Made by a program: the position numbers and the translations under genes
The notes under the pieces: generated by a model
What the model was told of the DNA's origin: nothing
The model's input: only the letters and a program-made list of their open reading frames with translations
The model's database searches: none
DNA from: Mobula hypostoma
Lineage: Eukaryota
Direction: 5' to 3'
DNA: 64,000 nucleotides
NCBI RefSeq assembly: GCF_963921235.1
Contig: NC_086108.1
Location: 81,780,001-81,844,000 of the forward strand
In this document: positions 1 to 13,269 of the stretch, piece after piece
Position numbering within the stretch: position 1 is the first letter of the stretch
Layout of the letters: the number at the start of each line of letters is the position of its first letter

Positions 1-1590
1 CTTAAGTATTTTGATTTAGTCTTCACTATGGAAGACTAGTGGTATGCCAGAAATTGGAGAGTGTCAGGGGCAGAAGTGAGTGTAGTTGCTATTACTAAGC
101 AGAGAAGGTGCTTTGGAAGCTAAAAGGCCTGAAGGTAGGTAAGTCACCTGGATCAGATGGATTACACTCCAGGATTCTGAAAGAGGTAGCTGAAGTGATT
201 GTGGAGGCATTAGTAATGATCTTTCAAGAATCACTAGATTTTGGAATAGTTCTAGAGGACTGGAAAATTGAAAATATCACTCCACTCTTTAACAAGGGAG
301 GGAGGTAGAAGAAAAGAGATTATAGGCCAGTTAGCCTGGCTTCAGTGATTGTGAAAATGTTGGAGTCCATTATTAGGGATGATGTTTTAGGGTACTTGGA
401 GGCACATGATAATATAGGCCAAAGTCAGCATGGTTTCCTCAAGGGAAACCATAACAAATCTGTTGGAATTATTTGAAGAAATAACGAGCAGGATAGACAA
501 AGGAGAATCGGTTGATGTTGGATTTTAAGAAAGCCTTTGACAAGGTGCTACACATGAGGCTGCTTAACAAGTTATGAACCCATGGTATTACAGGAAAGAA
601 GATTGACTGACTGACAGTAGGCAAAGAGTGGGAATAAAGGGAGCATTTTCTGGTTGGCTGCAAGTGACAAATGGTGTTCCACAGGGGTCAGTGTTTGGAT
701 CACTTCTTTTCACGTATGTCGGGATTTGGATGATGAAATTTGATGGCTTTGTGGTCAAGATTGCAGACGACACAAAGATAAGTGGATTCTGCTGAAGGAC
801 TAGATTGTGAGAATGGGCAAACAAGTGGCAGATGGAATACAATGTCAGGAAGTGTATGGTCATGCACTTTGGTAAAACGAATAGAGGCATAGACTATTTT
901 CTAAACGGGGAGAAAATTCAAAAATCAGAGGTGCAAAGGGACTTGGGAGTCCTTGTACAGGATTTGCTAATGGTTAACTTGCAGGTTGAGTTGGTAGTAA
1001 GGAAGGCAAGTGCAATATAGTATTGTGAGCAGTGCAGTTTTGGGCCCGTTATATAAGAAAAGATGTGCTCGCATTGCAAAGGGTCCAGAGGAGGTTCACA
1101 AGATTGATTCCAGGAATTAAAGTGTAAACGTACTCTATTAGTAGCATATGATGGCCCTGGCCCTGTACTCACTGGAGTTTAGAAATATAAGGGGAGGTGG
1201 GGTGTTCTCATTGAAACGTATTGAATAATGAAAGACCTAGATAGAGTGGATGTTGGGAGGATGTTACCTATAGTAGATGTGCCTAGGACCAGAGGGCACA
1301 GCCTCAGAATAGAGGGATATCCATTAAGAAAAGAGCTGAGGAGGAATTTCTTCTGCTTGAGGGTAATAATTCTCTGGAATTCATTGCCACAGATGGCTGT
1401 AGAGTCCGAATATTTGAGTACATTTAAAGTGGAGGTTGATAGGTTCTTGATTTAGTCAGGTTGTCAAATGTTACGGAGAGAAGACGGGAGAATAGTATTG
1501 AAAGGAATAATATATCAGCCATGGTGAATGGCAGAGCAGACTCGATGGGCTGAATGACCTGTTTATGCTCCTATGCCCTATGGTCTTATC
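1..1590 (+). mobile_element. CR1 LINE, decayed RT and C-terminal ORF2 plus 3' tail
   Basis: fragments KSPGSDGLHSRILKE, KCMVMHFG, RTRGHSLRI; frameshifts and stops; tail gctcctatg...ggtcttat. Confidence 0.9.
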
Positions 1591-1834
1591 TCATGGTATT
1601 GTTGAAGAGCACATTTGCATCTGCGGTGGAGGGAGATATTTTGTCCATGTTTGAACCGTTTGCTAGAAAGTTTTGAAAAGCATTTTTGAACTGAGAAAAT
1701 CATAACTGCTTGTCAGTGAGTTTTATTTAGTGAGTAAGGACTAATCGACTGCACTTTCTGATATTTGCCATTGTTTGCTGTTGATTGAGAACTATTTTAG
1801 ATCCCTTTGTAAGCGTTCCTTACTGTTTCTTTAG

Positions 1835-1930
1835 AGTTGGGAAATAGAGAGTGACCGTATTAGACAAAAACTTCTCAGCCTTATTGGAAAAATTGGCCGT
1901 GAAGCACGTTCTGAGAGTACCACAGGAAAG
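1835..1930 (+). CDS. USP24: USP24 coding exon 1 of 19 in window (SWEIESDRIRQKLLSLIGKIGREARSESTTGK)
   Basis: ttag acceptor, gtagga donor, 96 nt, phase 0/0; peptide matches recalled vertebrate USP24 SWETESDRVRQKLLSLIGRIGREAR. Confidence 0.93.
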
Positions 1931-2088
1931 GTAGGAATTTGTGTTGAAGAACATGTTTGCTGCGTCATTTTGTTGCTACTTGAGGTTATATTTATAATTG
2001 GTTTTGAATCTGTAAAAAAAACAACTTTTTATTTTCTCATCCTTTCTTATTTCTGTGATTCAACACCCTCTTCACCACCTTTCCCAAG

Positions 2089-2250
2089 GTGCTGGAAGTA
2101 CTGTGGGACCTTGCTCATTTACCAGCGCTTCCAACTAACCTAGTCCAGCAGGCACTGGAGGAGCACCTGACTATACTCAGCGAAGCTTATGCAGTAAAGG
2201 AGCAAATCAAGCGGAGTTACATTATTAAATGTATAGAAGACATTAAAAAG
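2089..2250 (+). CDS. USP24: USP24 exon 2 (VLEVLWDLAHLPALPTNLVQQALEEHLTILSEAYAVKEQIKRSYIIKCIEDIKK)
   Basis: caag acceptor, gtaggt donor, 162 nt, in frame with previous exon. Confidence 0.95.
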
Positions 2251-2893
2251 GTAGGTTAATTTTGAGAAAGTAATATTTTGTTTAAATAACATTTTAAAGA
2301 GGAAATGTTATGTAATGGTAAATGAAAATTATATCAAAGAAATTGATTGCTTGGTTCAACTGGTCCAGGCTTCACACATATTAACCCTAAACCCCTGTGT
2401 TGTTCTGTTCCTTCATTCCTTTATGTCTTTGAAGCTGTTATTGTTTTACTATTGTCACAAGTGGAAGTTGAGCCAAACAGCCACTTTCTGTGATGTAATC
2501 AGCCGCATCCAGTACTTAAATCCCTTGGGAGCAAGTTTCTAAACTCTGAGCATCTCTATACTACTTGAGCCCAATTCCCCTTCAGTTTTTTTGCTCAACT
2601 GAATGAGATGTTTTTAGTATGTTACTGTACGCACAAATTTGTTACAGCAATATAAGTAGTTTTGACCTATCAAAAGTATAGACTTTAATTGTGCATTGAT
2701 CCTTTGTGATCCTTGAAGAGGGAAAGCATTGTCGGGTTACTGAAATGTCTTGTCATACCTATAAATGTATAATAATCAGATACGTGACCAGCAGATGTTT
2801 TGTTGCTCAATTTTGCCAGTCGTTTAATCAAATAAATGTATTGAACTAACACCAGTTAACATTCTAATGGTTGCAGGCCTTCTCAAGTGCTGT

Positions 2894-5800
2894 TGTAGGG
2901 TAATGTAATTGGTGGACATGGAGTTGGAGTTCACTTTAAGAAAAATGTCTGATGTGATGACCTAATTACGTGAAGTTTTTTTTTAATCACGCTTTGTGTT
3001 CAGGTTTTAGAGTACAATAAATGAGTTGTAACCGTTTTGCTTAAACATAAAATCCCTTACACCATCTTACTTGCAAAAACCTACTTTGGTAACCCCGATG
3101 CTCTAGGACTATTTCAGAGTTATTGAAAATGTCGGCCAATACATTCACTTTGAATCTGCCAGAGTTTCAGGAGCAAAATGCTCTTGCTTGATTTGTAAAC
3201 TCTGAGGCCCAATTCATGCTGTGAGAAATCTCCACTGACGACACCAAGTATTTCTATGTGGTAACATTGCTCAGCAACTCCATGGGTACAAGTGTGGTGA
3301 GTCTACTTGAGCACCCACCTGAACACAGTGAATACCAATCGTTGAAAACTCACCTTTTGCAGATTTTTGGACTGTCACATTCTGAGCTTCAGTAGACAAC
3401 GTTACACGTTGACTTCGTCCTGACTAAAATGGCTAGACCTCTACTCAATGCAGATTTCCTGTGTGCCCGTTAGTCGATCTTAAGAACCGCTGACTTGTGG
3501 ACTTCGGGTCGTTGCCCTGCTCCCCTTGTAAGTTCCCCACAATGATTCTGTGATGCTCATGCACCAGTGCATGTGAGTTTACTACACTGCTCAGCGAATT
3601 CCCAAGCATCACCAAGCCCCACATTCTCCACTACAGTCACAAAACATGGGCTTGAGCACCATATTTCCACAGCTGGCCCACCAGTCCATGTCTGTGTGTA
3701 TAGACTGGACCTGGAAACACTGGCAACCACAAAGGGTGAGTTTGCCAATATGGAAAGACTTGGCATTATATGCCAGTCAAATAGCCACTGGGCTTTGCTC
3801 TCCATATGGTCCCCAAGTCTGATGGTCGTTGCCACCCGTGTGGTATTTACTGACTCCTTAATGAGGTCACCACACCCAATTGTTACCCAGTTTTATACAT
3901 CTAAGACTTTTCAGCATGTTTAGCCGGAAAGTTAATTTTTCTAAAGTCCATCTAGTTGGGGGTAACCATCAGGTGCCTGTGTGCTCAAAGGACATTCCCA
4001 AAACAGCTCTGTTAATCCCATTTGGCCTTTTTGAGTTTCTACACATCCAGTTTGTGTTGAAAAATGCAACACAGACTTTCCAGCAGCTGAAGGACTCTGC
4101 ATTAAAATACTTTGCCATTCTTTTTGTTTGCCTGGATGACATTCTTGTTACCAGCGCATCCAAATCCAAATGTGTATCTCATCGTACACTTTTCGAGCAC
4201 TTAAGCCAAAATGAGTTGATTATTAACCCTGCTAAATGCCTTTTGGGTTCTCAACTATTGATTTTCTTGTTCATTGCATCTCTGCAGAAGGTGTGAAACC
4301 CCTCCCATCAAAAGCAGTTGCTATTATGAATTCCCCACTGCCTCACACTACTAAAAAAACTATGCGAGTTTTTACATATGGTGAATTTCTGTCACTGCTT
4401 CATTCCGCAAGCTGCTGTACTTATGCTCTGCTGTTTAGTGAGCTTAAAGGCAACACCCCAATCACATGCTTGACTGGTCAGCGATGTGTGCATTTGATGA
4501 CACCAAACACGCTCTTTCTAATGTTACCCTACTGGCGCACCCACTCCCCAATGCACCTATAGCTATTACTACAGATGCTTCAGGCTACTGTGGCTGCTGT
4601 GCACAAACAATTAGTTAGAGGTGTGTGGCAGCCCCTCACATTCAGCCAGCAGCTCTGTCCCCCTGAAAGGAAGTACAACACATTTGACCATGAGCTTGGT
4701 CTCTATCTGGCTGCCCGTCATTTTCATTTTCTTCCAGACAATCCCCATTTCACAGCGTTCATTGACCACTGCTCCCTCACGCAAGTGATAGCCAAAATAT
4801 CAGACCCTTGGTTTGCACAGCAGCAACACCACTTAGCCTACGTTTCAGAGTTCTCAACTGGTGTACAACTTATTAAGGAGAAAATTAATGCCAAGGCTAA
4901 TTGCCTCTCACAGCCCACCATTGAGGCCATATGTATAGGGGTTGACTATGCTGGCATGGCAGCAGATTAAGCTACTGACCCAGAGGTTCAGGCTTACTGA
5001 ATAAGAGTCACAGGCCTGGGGTTGGCTTATGTTAAGTTTGGCGAAGCTGGGGTTTCTCACCTTTGCGATGTCTCAACCAGTTGCCCTTGCCCCCTAGTGC
5101 TCGCAAATCGGAGGCAGACTTTTCGGCTCCATACATGACCTCTCACATACGGGCATGAAGACCCCACTGGAACTGGTTGCACTAAAGGTTGTGTGGCACA
5201 GTCTCAAAAAGGATGTGCATAATTGGAGTGCAGCCTTTGTGGAATTCCAGCGGCAAAAATTAACCATCATGTTCAGGCACCATTGGCACCTTTTGAGGTC
5301 CCTGAGCAATGGTTTGACCTTGTCAATGTGGACCTTGTTGGTTCTCTTTTACCCCTCCTGCAGTCTTGTGCACCTCCTCACCAGGGTGGACTATACCATC
5401 AGGTGGCATAGATTGTCCCTCTAGCATTGATGGCAACTGTAGATGTGGCTGGGGTGTACACCAGCATCAGGGTTGTTCAGTTTAGCAAAGCATCTGATAT
5501 TTCCTCTCACCACGGTCCCCAATTCATAGGAGACCTCTGGGCTGTGATAGCCCAGAAGCTTGGTGATATGCTACATCACACCACTGCCTATCACACACAG
5601 TCCAATGGCCTACATAGATGGTTTACAGCTGCTCAAAGGGGGTTCTGAGGGCTTCCCTGACTGATGAATACTGGCATGATCGACTCCCGTGGGTCCTGCT
5701 GGGGCTTAGAACAGCTCCAAAAGAGGACTTGCAGTCGTTCATGGCTGAGTTGGTATACGGGCAGCTATTACAAGTGCCTGGTGGTTTTATTTCTGACACC

Positions 5801-6440
5801 ATGACTGCCCAGTCGGCTTCTGAACAACATTCCACCCTCTTCAGTAAATTCAATTCCTTTTCACCTATCCTTACCTCCCTTCATGGCCTTCATCATTCTT
5901 GCTTCCTGTTGACTATATTCTGTCTCATTCATTTTTGTTCGCCATGATGCACACCATCATCCCCTAAGGCCCCCTTATGCCGGCCCATTCCGCATTTGGA
6001 ATGGAGGGAAGAATTTTATCATAAATAAGAGGGGTAAGCCTGAATGTGTTTTGGTAGACTGCCTTAAACCGGCCCACCAAGAGTTGGAGGACTCCACTGT
6101 CATGCTCCTACTGTCACGACATGAACCACGTGCGTGTCAACACGTCTCTGTTGCTCCACCCATGGAACAGCGAGCTCTGGGCAGGTTCCCAGTGCCAGTT
6201 TCAGTGAATTTTTTGGATGGGGTGCCTCTGTGGTATAATCTAATTGGTGGAAATGTGCATAATTCAGAACCACCAACACTGAGTTGGGGTTCACTTTAAG
6301 AGGCAAGTCTGACATGACGATGTAATTATGTGATGTTTTTACCACGCTTTGTGTTCACGTTTTAAAGTACAATACATGAGTTGTTTTGGTTTTTCTTAAA
6401 AACAAAATGTCTCACGTCATCTTATTTGTGAAAACCTACA
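2894..6440 (+). mobile_element. Ty3/Gypsy LTR retrotransposon, decayed, both LTRs present (~2894-3085 and 6229-6440)
   Basis: two diverged ~200-bp direct repeats starting TG, 3' copy ending CA; flanks ctgt/ctct; PBS tggtaaccccgatg at 3087; RT (PFGLFEF, CLDDILV), RNase H (KYNTFDHEL) and integrase (TTAYHTQSNG, LPWVLLGLRTAPKEDL) in Gypsy order. Confidence 0.9.
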
Positions 6441-7147
6441 CTCTATCCTAGTGTGACTACTGAGCTGCTCTCTGTCTATCTTGTAAAATTCTAAACTTTG
6501 AATTACCTTAATGGCTATGATGTTCCCTCCACACCTGATTCTCATATTTCCTGCACCCCCAAACAGTAAGATCATCTGTTCTGATTCACTATTAGCATTA
6601 GACATAATGATTAGTTAAAATGAGTATATTAGGATTGAAGATGTTAAAAATTTATTAACAGCAAATTACAATGAGGAATTGTATTGAGAAATATGCAAAC
6701 ATGCTGGTCATGTTGGCAGAAGGGCAGGTAGTTAATAACTGGAATTCTTAACAGAAAAATCTGAAGTATTTTGTCTTTGATGTTATCATAGTTAGTGAGG
6801 ACAGGTGTACTTTTATTTAAACTGAAGAAAGAGAGTAATATTGTGTAAGAAGTAAATAGGTAAAATAACAGAAGGAAAACCAATCCCTTGTTTTTATACC
6901 TAGAGGCAAATTGGCTTCCTGTAAGAACTGAGGCTGCCATCCAAGAACAATGTGGTGTTAAATTTTGAACACCCTGTTTAGAAAGGATGTAAGTTACTGC
7001 AAAAATTAGTGTAGTTTCACCAGCATGTTACTACGGATGAAGAATCATTGTGTCGTGTGTGTATGTATTTATCATTATAAATTCCTGTACCTGTATATAC
7101 AGACGTATCACTCATCAGAACAAATATTGCTATAATTTGCTGTTTTA

Positions 7148-7418
7148 GGGCTGCAACAGTAGCGTAGTGGTTAGTGTGATGCCAATGCAGCTCAGGGAGT
7201 TCGAGTTCGAAGTTCAATTCTGGTGCCATCTGTAAGAAGTTTGTATATTTTCCCCGTGACCACGTTGGTTTCCTCCCACAGTCCAAAGAAGTAGTGGTTA
7301 ATTGATGATTGTAGACTGTCCTGTGATTAGACTACTGTTAAATAGGTAGGTTGCTGGGCAGCGGGAGGTGCTGAGCTCTTTGGGCTGGAAGGGCCTGTTC
7401 AGTGCTGTATCTCTAAGT
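7148..7418 (+). mobile_element. tRNA-derived SINE, V-SINE/HE1-like, with CR1-like tail
   Basis: A/B-box-like head (tagcgtagtgg, gttcaattc), central ggtttcctcccacagtccaaaga, tail gggcctgttcagtgctgtatctcta; second copy at 25585-25870 (-). Confidence 0.75.
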
Positions 7419-7429
7419 AAGACTGTAAT

Positions 7430-7964
7430 GAACTGTAAACAGACAAAATCAGTGCAGACACCTAGTGCAGATACATTCATACAATGTATTCAATGATTGC
7501 ATTCATTTTCATTGTAACGTTCGAGATGATTGTCAATATTTTCCAAATTCTTCATAATTCCTAACCTGTTGAAGTAGTGAAGTTGTTCCATTTTAACACC
7601 TGGCCATTCCTGGCATCTTCAAACCTGAATGCTTGAAACGGCAGTGATCTGACTGCATTATTGCTTATTTCTCGCCAACTATCAGTGAGAAAAATCACTG
7701 CTTTTTGAACACACATATAACTGACGCTACTTAAATATTATTTGCTCGAAGAACGGTGAAGTGTCTAATGGCCACATAAGTGCATGCAACTGATGCTGCT
7801 TAGAAACTGTTCAGAAAGTCTCCTGTCCCACTTTAGCAGCATAGTGACCCAAATAAACAAAGGAAATCCCAGCTATTTTCTCAGTCAGCTGTTGTTTTTT
7901 AAGAGTTGTCCCAAATAAGTAGCTGCTCCAATTAACTGATGACCCAATTAACTGGAATCCACTG
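7430..7964 (-). mobile_element. Tigger/pogo-derived non-autonomous DNA transposon, partial
   Basis: shares sequence and TIR (aattaactggaatccactg + TA) with copies at 26243-27025 and 57075-58121. Confidence 0.75.
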
Positions 7965-7974
7965 TATTGTATTT

Positions 7975-8950
7975 CCTTCTCCACAATCACCATCAGTACA
8001 GGTGCACCACAAAGCTCTGTGCTTAGTCTCCTGCTGTACTCATCTTATGCTTTTGACAGTGAGGCTCAGCACAGCTCCAATGACATACTTAAATTTGCTG
8101 ACGATACTACTGTCATTGGCCAAATCAGAGGTGGTGATCTAGGAGGGAGACTGAAAATTTGCCTGACCAGTGCCACAACAATAACCTCTCACTCAATGTC
8201 AGCATGACTGTTGACTTCAGGAGGATGAAACTGGAGGTCCATTAGAGATGGTGAGGGTCAGCATCATCAAACTCCTTGGTGTTATAATTTCAGAGCTGTC
8301 CTGAGTCTAGCATGTAAGTACCATTACAAAGAAAACACACAGCTCCTTTGCTTACCTAGGATTTTGCAAAACTTAAGCATGTCTTCTAAAACTTTGACAA
8401 ATTTCTATAAATGTATGGTGGAGAAAATATTGACTGGTTGTGTCATGACCTGGTATGGAAGCACCAATGTCCTTGAACAGAAAAGCCTACAAAAAATAGT
8501 GGATATATCCCAGTCCATCACAGGTAAAGCCCTCTCAACATCTACATGAGGCACTGTCTCAAGAAAGCAGGATCCATCAAGGACCCCTGCCATCCAAGCC
8601 ATGCTTTCTCCTCATTGCTGCCACCAGGAAGAATGGACAGGAGCCTCAGGACTCAACCAACAGGTTTAGGAACAATTATTACCTCTCAACCATTAGGCTC
8701 TTGAACCATGGGACGACTTTCACTGAACTTCACTTGCCCTACCACTGAACTGTTCCCACAACCTATTGACTCACTTTCAAGGACTCTATCTCATGCTCTC
8801 AATCTTTATTGCTTATTAATTGATTATTATTATTTTGCCTTTTATTTTTGTTTCCTTGTATTTACTGTGAATGCCCACAAGAAAATGAATCTCAGGGTTG
8901 TATATAGTGATGTATGTGAGCTTTGATAATTAATTTACTTTGAACTTTCA
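7975..8950 (+). mobile_element. Rex1/Babar-type LINE, 3' fragment
   Basis: LKFADDTTVIGQI, LTNFYKCMVEKILTGCVMTWYG; tail aatttactttgaacttt. Confidence 0.82.
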
Positions 8951-9679
8951 AACATTTTTCAATCAAAAAATTTTGTTCTCGAATAATCATGTTTTGTACT
9001 GAAATTATTCTTAATTTTCAAGTTACAAGTTCCACAGTGCAGAAATGAGTTTGGAGTTTCCTGTCCTTTGTTAAAACTGAGGGCATCCTCCTTTCCCAAA
9101 ACACTGAGATTGGGATTGATATTTTATAGAACGCTGTGATAACATTGGGTTGTCTTTGGATTCGTGGTGACCATTCAGCAAAATTCTTCTTGGCAAAATT
9201 TCACAAATCATCATCTCATTTTGTTGTAGCCAGAAAGTTGAGATACACAATAAAATTCTCTCATGGAATTTGTGTGTCGTGGAGGTGGGGGAGAGGTTGA
9301 AAAAGTGAATTAACACACATTTTCTTTTCAAGTCTCACTTCTTGATACATGCATGGAAGATGCAGCTCCACATTATGAAATTTCACAATACACCTCATTT
9401 TTTAGTAACACAGCCTATCACCCACATAATGTGGGTGTTGTCTGTATACAGTTTAAACACATTCTGTGTGTAAAATTTTCCTGGAAGCAAAAATGGAAAA
9501 GGGATATTAGTGGAAGTCTCCAATAGATTTTACTTAGAAGTTTGTTAGATGAAATGAATCCATCAGTCAGTTTCAGAGTCTTTACTGTATTGACATTCAA
9601 AATTATCAAAATTAAAATATAAGAAACATCATTTGCATGCGAGAGAAAAGATGATTTCTGATTTCACACTTATGAGGTC

Positions 9680-9910
9680 TTTGCAATCCTTCCCACCAAC
9701 CTTTCCGTAAAAGGGGTGCAAACTTGTTCTTGCACCTCCTCCTTCACCACCATCCAGGTACCTGAACAGCCCTATAGATGAGGCAAAGATTCACGTGCAC
9801 TTCCTCCTCACGCGTCTACTACAGTCAGTGCTACGCGAGCAATTTGCAGATCTTCTGTACTCTGTCTGCATGCTATTTCAATTCTCCTTCCCTTTCCCAC
9901 ACTCACCTTC
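9680..9910 (+). mobile_element. Penelope-like element, decayed GIY-YIG fragment
   Basis: similar to 27790-28080 (TTIQ...RQRFTCTSS). Confidence 0.6.
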
Positions 9911-10079
9911 ACCTTCCATTATCAGATTCCAGCATTGATAGTGTTTACGTTCCTGCTTTTCAACCTCAGAACCCCCGTCCATAACTTTACTCACTGGCAG
10001 TTCCCAGTGGACCTATTTTACGTTTTTCCATAACTATTTTAAAATTTGTTAGTTATTATCATTGGACCCATAGTTCTCC

Positions 10080-11060
10080 CTGACTGACATTTAGCTGTGG
10101 CAGTGGTCAGGTTTATAGCAAATGTCAGTAGATAGTTCATCTCCTGAAATAGAAGCAGTGAGATTCAGAAAGGTAGGAGAGGTGTCAGAAATAGTGCAAG
10201 TTAATTTGAGAGTGGGGCATAAGTTTGGAACAGAGTTGATCAGATTAATGAGTTCAACACCAGTGAAGTTATCTGTGTGGTAGAGAAAGAGTTGGGGAGT
10301 GGGTTTGGATCTAGGGCTATTCCACATAGCCAATAAAAAGATGTGAAGTTAGGGCCCATAGTTACATCTTTGATTGTAGAAAGTGAAAGAAATCGAAAGA
10401 GAAATTGTTTCTTGCTTGGCAGAAATTGCTCTTGCCCAGTGTTTGGATCAATGTTCCAGAAATGAGCAGACGGTCCCAAGATCTTCCTAATAGGCAATGA
10501 AGTGTATAGAATCTGAATGTTCATAGTGAAGATGAAAGGATGGGGCCTAGGAAATTGGAATTTGTCAAAATGGTGGAGGGCATGCAAGGTGTCCTGGATG
10601 TTGGTTGAAAGGCCTGGACAAAAGATGAAATGTATTCAAGCCGTGAGGGGATAAGTTCAGTGGGGAAAGAGCGGGTAGAAACTAATGTGTCTGTCAGGAT
10701 GGTGCTGTTTATAGATTTTGGGTAAAAGGTAGAAGTGGGTAATGAAGGCTGTGGAACTATCAGGATGGAATCAATGGATGGAAAATCTGAAGTGAGGAGA
10801 ACTTTGATGGTTTGGGTGACAGTGGTCTGTTGTTTGTTGGTGGGGTCATCGTCTTGGAGTAGTACTGGAGAGGTGGTTTGTGAGCTGCTGAATAGCCTTT
10901 GTAAGAGAGAAGTTAGTCTCCCGGATCATAATGCCACCACACATGTCTGCAAGGTTGAGGTTAGAATTGATGTGGAATAAGTGGAGAGCTGTGTGAACAG
11001 AGGGGATGATGATGGAATGGGCGAATAGTGGAGAAAGCAAGGAAGTTAATGTTCAGCAAT
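10080..11060 (-). mobile_element. Penelope-like element, decayed RT region
   Basis: minus-strand remnants TFLNLTASISGDELSTDICYKP, TMGPNF, ILYTSLP resemble PLE RT motifs. Confidence 0.65.
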
Positions 11061-11479
11061 TGGAAATGGGAAGATCAAGAGAGGGTAAAAGACCAGGAGA
11101 GGGTATCTCAAGAAAGAAAGGAGTTTCTGTTGAGTAGCCCAGGTTCTTTCATTCTCCTTTCCAAACAACTTGCCCCTCTCCCACCTGGTTCAATCTGTCC
11201 CAAGTCCTACTTTACCTGCTTCCACTTATCACCTTCCTTACCAGATTTTATAATGCTCAATCCTTTGTTGTACTCACATATCATTTTATAGCTTACATTT
11301 CTACCTCCACCCCCGTAATGCCGTCATTAATCAGAGAGGAACATTGTAATCCAAGAGATGCAACATGCTTTTGGCTCTCATAACCGTGCAAAAGTAGTCG
11401 GAACTTCCCACAAAGTAGCAGTGAAAGAAAAATATCAGCACTTCCCAAATAAAACATACACTGCTAACTTTTCTGTACA

Positions 11480-11925
11480 CAATGATTAGTTTTTGGCACT
11501 CTTTTATAAGAAGGTTAAATTGGAAAGCATGCAGAAAGGAATTGGCCTGAGTTATAGGGATAGGTTGGCGATGCTGGTATTTATTCCTTGGAACATAGGT
11601 GAATGAGGGGCAGCCTTATAGAAATGTTTTCTATACAGTTTTATTTCCCGGGGAGGGGAGTCCAAAACTAGGGTGTATATATTAATGGTGAGAGGCGAAA
11701 GATTTAGAAGGAACTTGAGGGGCAATTTCTTTCCACCCAGATGATGGTAAGTATATGGAATGAGCTGCTAAAGGAAGTAGTTGAGGTAGATACAATACTA
11801 TCATTTGAAAAGGACTTGGATAAGTACATTAAAGAGCGGGACTTACAAAGATATGGGCCAAATGTAGGAAGATGGTTTAACTGGGTGGACAATATGGTCA
11901 GCATGGACTCATTAGGCTAAAGGCT
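11480..11925 (+). mobile_element. CR1 LINE, decayed 3' fragment
   Basis: similar to other CR1 3' ends in the window (tttattccttggaa, aaggaagtagttgagg). Confidence 0.75.
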
Positions 11926-12042
11926 TTGAATTTGTTACAATAATAAACCAATGCAACACAGTGCACTATGATATAGTTACTAGGAAATAACCATAATTGT
12001 GTATTAAAATGTTTGTCAATTTCAAATTCTGATTCTTCTCAG

Positions 12043-12150
12043 TCCTCTCAACAAAATAACCAGCAGCCAGTATGGGTGGTTCCAGCATTGCGTCAACTTC
12101 ACGAGATTACCCGGTCCTTCATCAAACAGAGCTGCCAGAAACAAGACAAG
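12043..12150 (+). CDS. USP24: USP24 exon 3 (SSQQNNQQPVWVVPALRQLHEITRSFIKQSCQKQDK)
   Basis: ttctcag acceptor, gtaaaa donor, 108 nt; WVVPALRQLHEI motif of USP24/USP9 family. Confidence 0.95.
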
Positions 12151-13269
12151 GTAAAAATAAAAGTGGATTAAATCTGAAAGACCCAAAATTATAGGTTATT
12201 ATTCCTTCATGGGAGAAGTGAGTAATAAACCCTGGGAGAATAGTTCCTAATGAAACTTCTGACTTGATAACGCTGAACTCATTATGCATTTGATTGAGGT
12301 GTTATAATAAAATGGAGCTCGCTTTACTTTAAAGCAGCTCCTTTGAAACTTATATTAAAGGAACAGATCTGAGAATGTTTCTGTTCTATGTTAGTGTACA
12401 GAATTTTATTGCAGTGCTGTGTTCATTTATATTTATTCTTTTACCCTGATTTTCAGATACCATAAATGGTTCATGTTACTTCAGAACTGTCTAATCTCTG
12501 TGTTTGAATAAAGATTTATATTATGCTGCTTGAACAAATAACAAAGATGAGACAGATGCATTAGTTGTTTTTCCTCTGGATTCTGAATTACTTACATCCA
12601 GTAAAGGTGGATTTTATCAATAGCTTTCTCCTTAGATCAGCTTTGACATCATTCACACCCATCCTTTAACGACTTCCTTGCAGGAAAGTCATATATGAAA
12701 TGATCCATTTGATAATTGGTGTGACATCTTGATGGTGAATCTTTTTTTATCTTGCTTTTACCAGTGTACGTCTTAAGAGATTGCCCATGAGCCATATTTT
12801 AGGCTGTTTGTGCATATATGTATTGCTAGTTCCTTTCAGAAGATTTTTTTGTAGTTGGTAGACTTACCTAGAAAGCCACTGTAGCTAGCTCACCCATCAT
12901 CTTGAGGAATGACCTGACAAATTGTTGATTCAACTTGTATCTTTACATAATTAGCTAGGGGATCTCAAACGAGCTACAAGCAATAGCTACCCATGTTATA
13001 GTTTTATAGGCACTTGGCATTCTGTTGAATGTTTGGCTCTACTCATTGTGATTGGGAGAAAGCTACTTTTTTTTTTGCAAGCAATATTTTTAACTTCAAA
13101 TCTAATGTCTCAAGGTTTCCAGATTTTGGATGCCAGCTGATAGTGTTCTGCATACCTATATTTCCTCTGGTGCACTATTTTAGTTGCAGAATTAATGATT
13201 GTATTGACTTTACTGCAATTTTCATTTGTTCTGTATTAGAAGTCCAAGCAAGTCTCTTTCAGCTTTTGG

